This document shows, one piece after another, positions 62,543 to 64,000 of a stretch of 64,000 nt of DNA (positions are counted from its first letter, which is position 1; each line of letters starts with the position of its first letter). The notes beneath the pieces were generated by a model. It did no database searches and was not told the origin of the DNA. It was given only the letters and a program-made list of their open reading frames with translations. A program made the translations under genes and the position numbers. This DNA is from Candidatus Saccharimonadales bacterium. GTDB taxonomy: Bacteria > Patescibacteriota > Saccharimonadia > Saccharimonadales > JACDBH01. The stretch spans positions 13,720-77,719 of the forward strand of contig JBGSWE010000003.1 in assembly GCA_041752595.1 (NCBI GenBank), in the 5' to 3' direction.

Positions 62543-64000
62543 ATGGCAAAAAAGAAAAAACGAAAATCAAAAGTACAAGAATATAGAGAACCAAATCTGT
62601 TTTGGCGACAGTCTGCAGCTGTGCTGTTGTTTGTTGCGGCTGGATTCCTGGTGCTAGGTGGTTTTGGGGCTGGTGGAAGTTTGCCTGTAAATGTTTTTAG
62701 TGGTTTTTATTGGACATTTGGTTGGGCGGCTTGGCTTGCTCCTATTGCTCTTATATATTTTGGCGTCCTGAAGTTTAAAAACGAGGACCATAAAGTACCA
62801 CTGAGCTACAGCTTTAGCATGATATTTCTAATCACGTTTTTGTCGGGGCTGTTATTTACGGCTTTTGCAGATTTACAAACTAACAACTCATACACAGGTG
62901 GCTATGGCGGTAAGGTTGGTGAGCTTTTTGGTGATATGGCATTAACTGCTCTTAGTCCAGCCCTAGCGAGCATATTATTTTTTACTCTAGCATTACTCGC
63001 ATTATTCTTTAGTTTTGGTATTTCACCATTGGTACTTGGTAAATTAACAGAGTTGTTTAAGCGCAAAGAAAACGAAAATGAAGAATCAGAAATGGAAGCA
63101 CTCAGCTCGGCAGCATCAATGCGTAATTTCCAGCTAAAAGAAGGTGTGCCAGTAGAGCACCACAAAGGTTCTGCTGCGACACTCAAAAACACTGCGAATG
63201 CTAAACTAACCGCCAAAGAGGATCATTCAGCCCTTACGGCTGTAGCTGATCCAAATTGGCAATTTCCTGGGCTTGAATTATTAAACCAAAAACAGGACAA
63301 AGCCGACCCGGGTGATGTAAACGCAAATGCAAATACAATCCAGGAAACACTTGAACACTTTAATATCAATGTCGAGATGGAAGGCGCCAACATTGGTCCG
63401 CGCGTAACTCAATATACGCTCAAGCCGCCAGCAGGAGTAAAGCTTAGTAAAATTACAGCACTCGATAGCAATATCGCACTAGAACTTGGTGCTAATGCGG
63501 TGCGTATGGAAGCGCCAATTCCTGGCCAAAAAGCTGTCGGCGTTGAAGTGCCAAATGTTAAATCGGCCACTGTTCGTGTATCAAGCATCTTAAGTGCTCA
63601 AGAGTGGAAAAGCCTAAACAGTCCACTAGGAATTGTTATAGGTAAAGATATTGCAGGGACACCAATTGTTGGAAGCTTAGACAAGATGCCTCACATGTTA
63701 GTAGCCGGTCAAACTGGATCAGGTAAGTCTGTAATGATTAATGCAATCTTAACTAGCTTGTTATATAGGAATAGTCCGTCAGATCTTAAGCTAATATTGG
63801 TTGACCCAAAACAGGTTGAAATGACGCCATATGCAGATATTCCACATCTTTTAACTCCTATCATTACTGAACCTGAGAAATGTATTAGCGCCCTCAAATG
63901 GGCGGTAGCAGAAATGGAACGCCGTTATCGTACGCTTGCAGAGAACAAAAAGCGCAATATTGCCGAATATAACAATGTCATGAAAGAAGAAGGCATGCCC
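62543..64000 (+). CDS. ftsK: DNA translocase FtsK/SpoIIIE (5' part; continues past the right edge)
   Basis: ATG at 62543, frame open to 64000. N-terminal TM helices, then PHMLVAGQTGSGKSVMINAIL (Walker A) and LILVDPKQVEM. Confidence 0.92.
   Translation, partial: MAKKKKRKSKVQEYREPNLFWRQSAAVLLFVAAGFLVLGGFGAGGSLPVNVFSGFYWTFGWAAWLAPIALIYFGVLKFKNEDHKVPLSYSFSMIFLITFLSGLLFTAFADLQTNNSYTGGYGGKVGELFGDMALTALSPALASILFFTLALLALFFSFGISPLVLGKLTELFKRKENENEESEMEALSSAASMRNFQLKEGVPVEHHKGSAATLKNTANAKLTAKEDHSALTAVADPNWQFPGLELLNQKQDKADPGDVNANANTIQETLEHFNINVEMEGANIGPRVTQYTLKPPAGVKLSKITALDSNIALELGANAVRMEAPIPGQKAVGVEVPNVKSATVRVSSILSAQEWKSLNSPLGIVIGKDIAGTPIVGSLDKMPHMLVAGQTGSGKSVMINAILTSLLYRNSPSDLKLILVDPKQVEMTPYADIPHLLTPIITEPEKCISALKWAVAEMERRYRTLAENKKRNIAEYNNVMKEEGMP

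Overview
The window looks like a low-GC, gene-dense, reduced bacterial genome. Gene content and style suggest a Patescibacteria/CPR lineage, possibly Saccharibacteria, but this is inference only because no search was run. The backbone is housekeeping: groES-groEL, argS, mscL, dnaG-rpoD, polA, mutM, holA, rpsT, truB, rpsO-pnp, RNase J, the 5' part of ftsK, one tRNA-Ser(GGA), a MacB-type ABC pair and cell-envelope enzymes. I saw no rRNA, CRISPR array, transposase, integrase or reverse transcriptase.

The unusual layer is a set of short, visibly GC-richer accessory cassettes inserted between core genes, at about 200-960, 9176-9798, 12809-13702, 22478-25038 and 60548-62156. They encode small membrane, acidic, Cys-rich or lipoprotein ORFs and are framed by recurring RNA-structure modules.

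- **Hammerheads:** two cassettes end in complete type III hammerhead ribozymes (9743-9798 on +, 12809-12866 on -). The helices covary between the two copies, and each sits 1-8 nt from the stop codon of a convergent core gene.
- **Module families:** two other cassette families (22478-25038 on -, 60548-62156 on +) share conserved promoter, 5' hairpin and 3' hairpin modules with compensatory changes.
- **Other notable loci:** a TasA-like/SipW/GGDEF cluster, a RelE-type TA module flanked by a 38-nt repeat at the 5' ends of two HAD paralogs, a doubly frameshifted SET-domain gene, and an LPXTG protein.

All calls come from reading the sequence. Start codons and functions of hypothetical ORFs are provisional.
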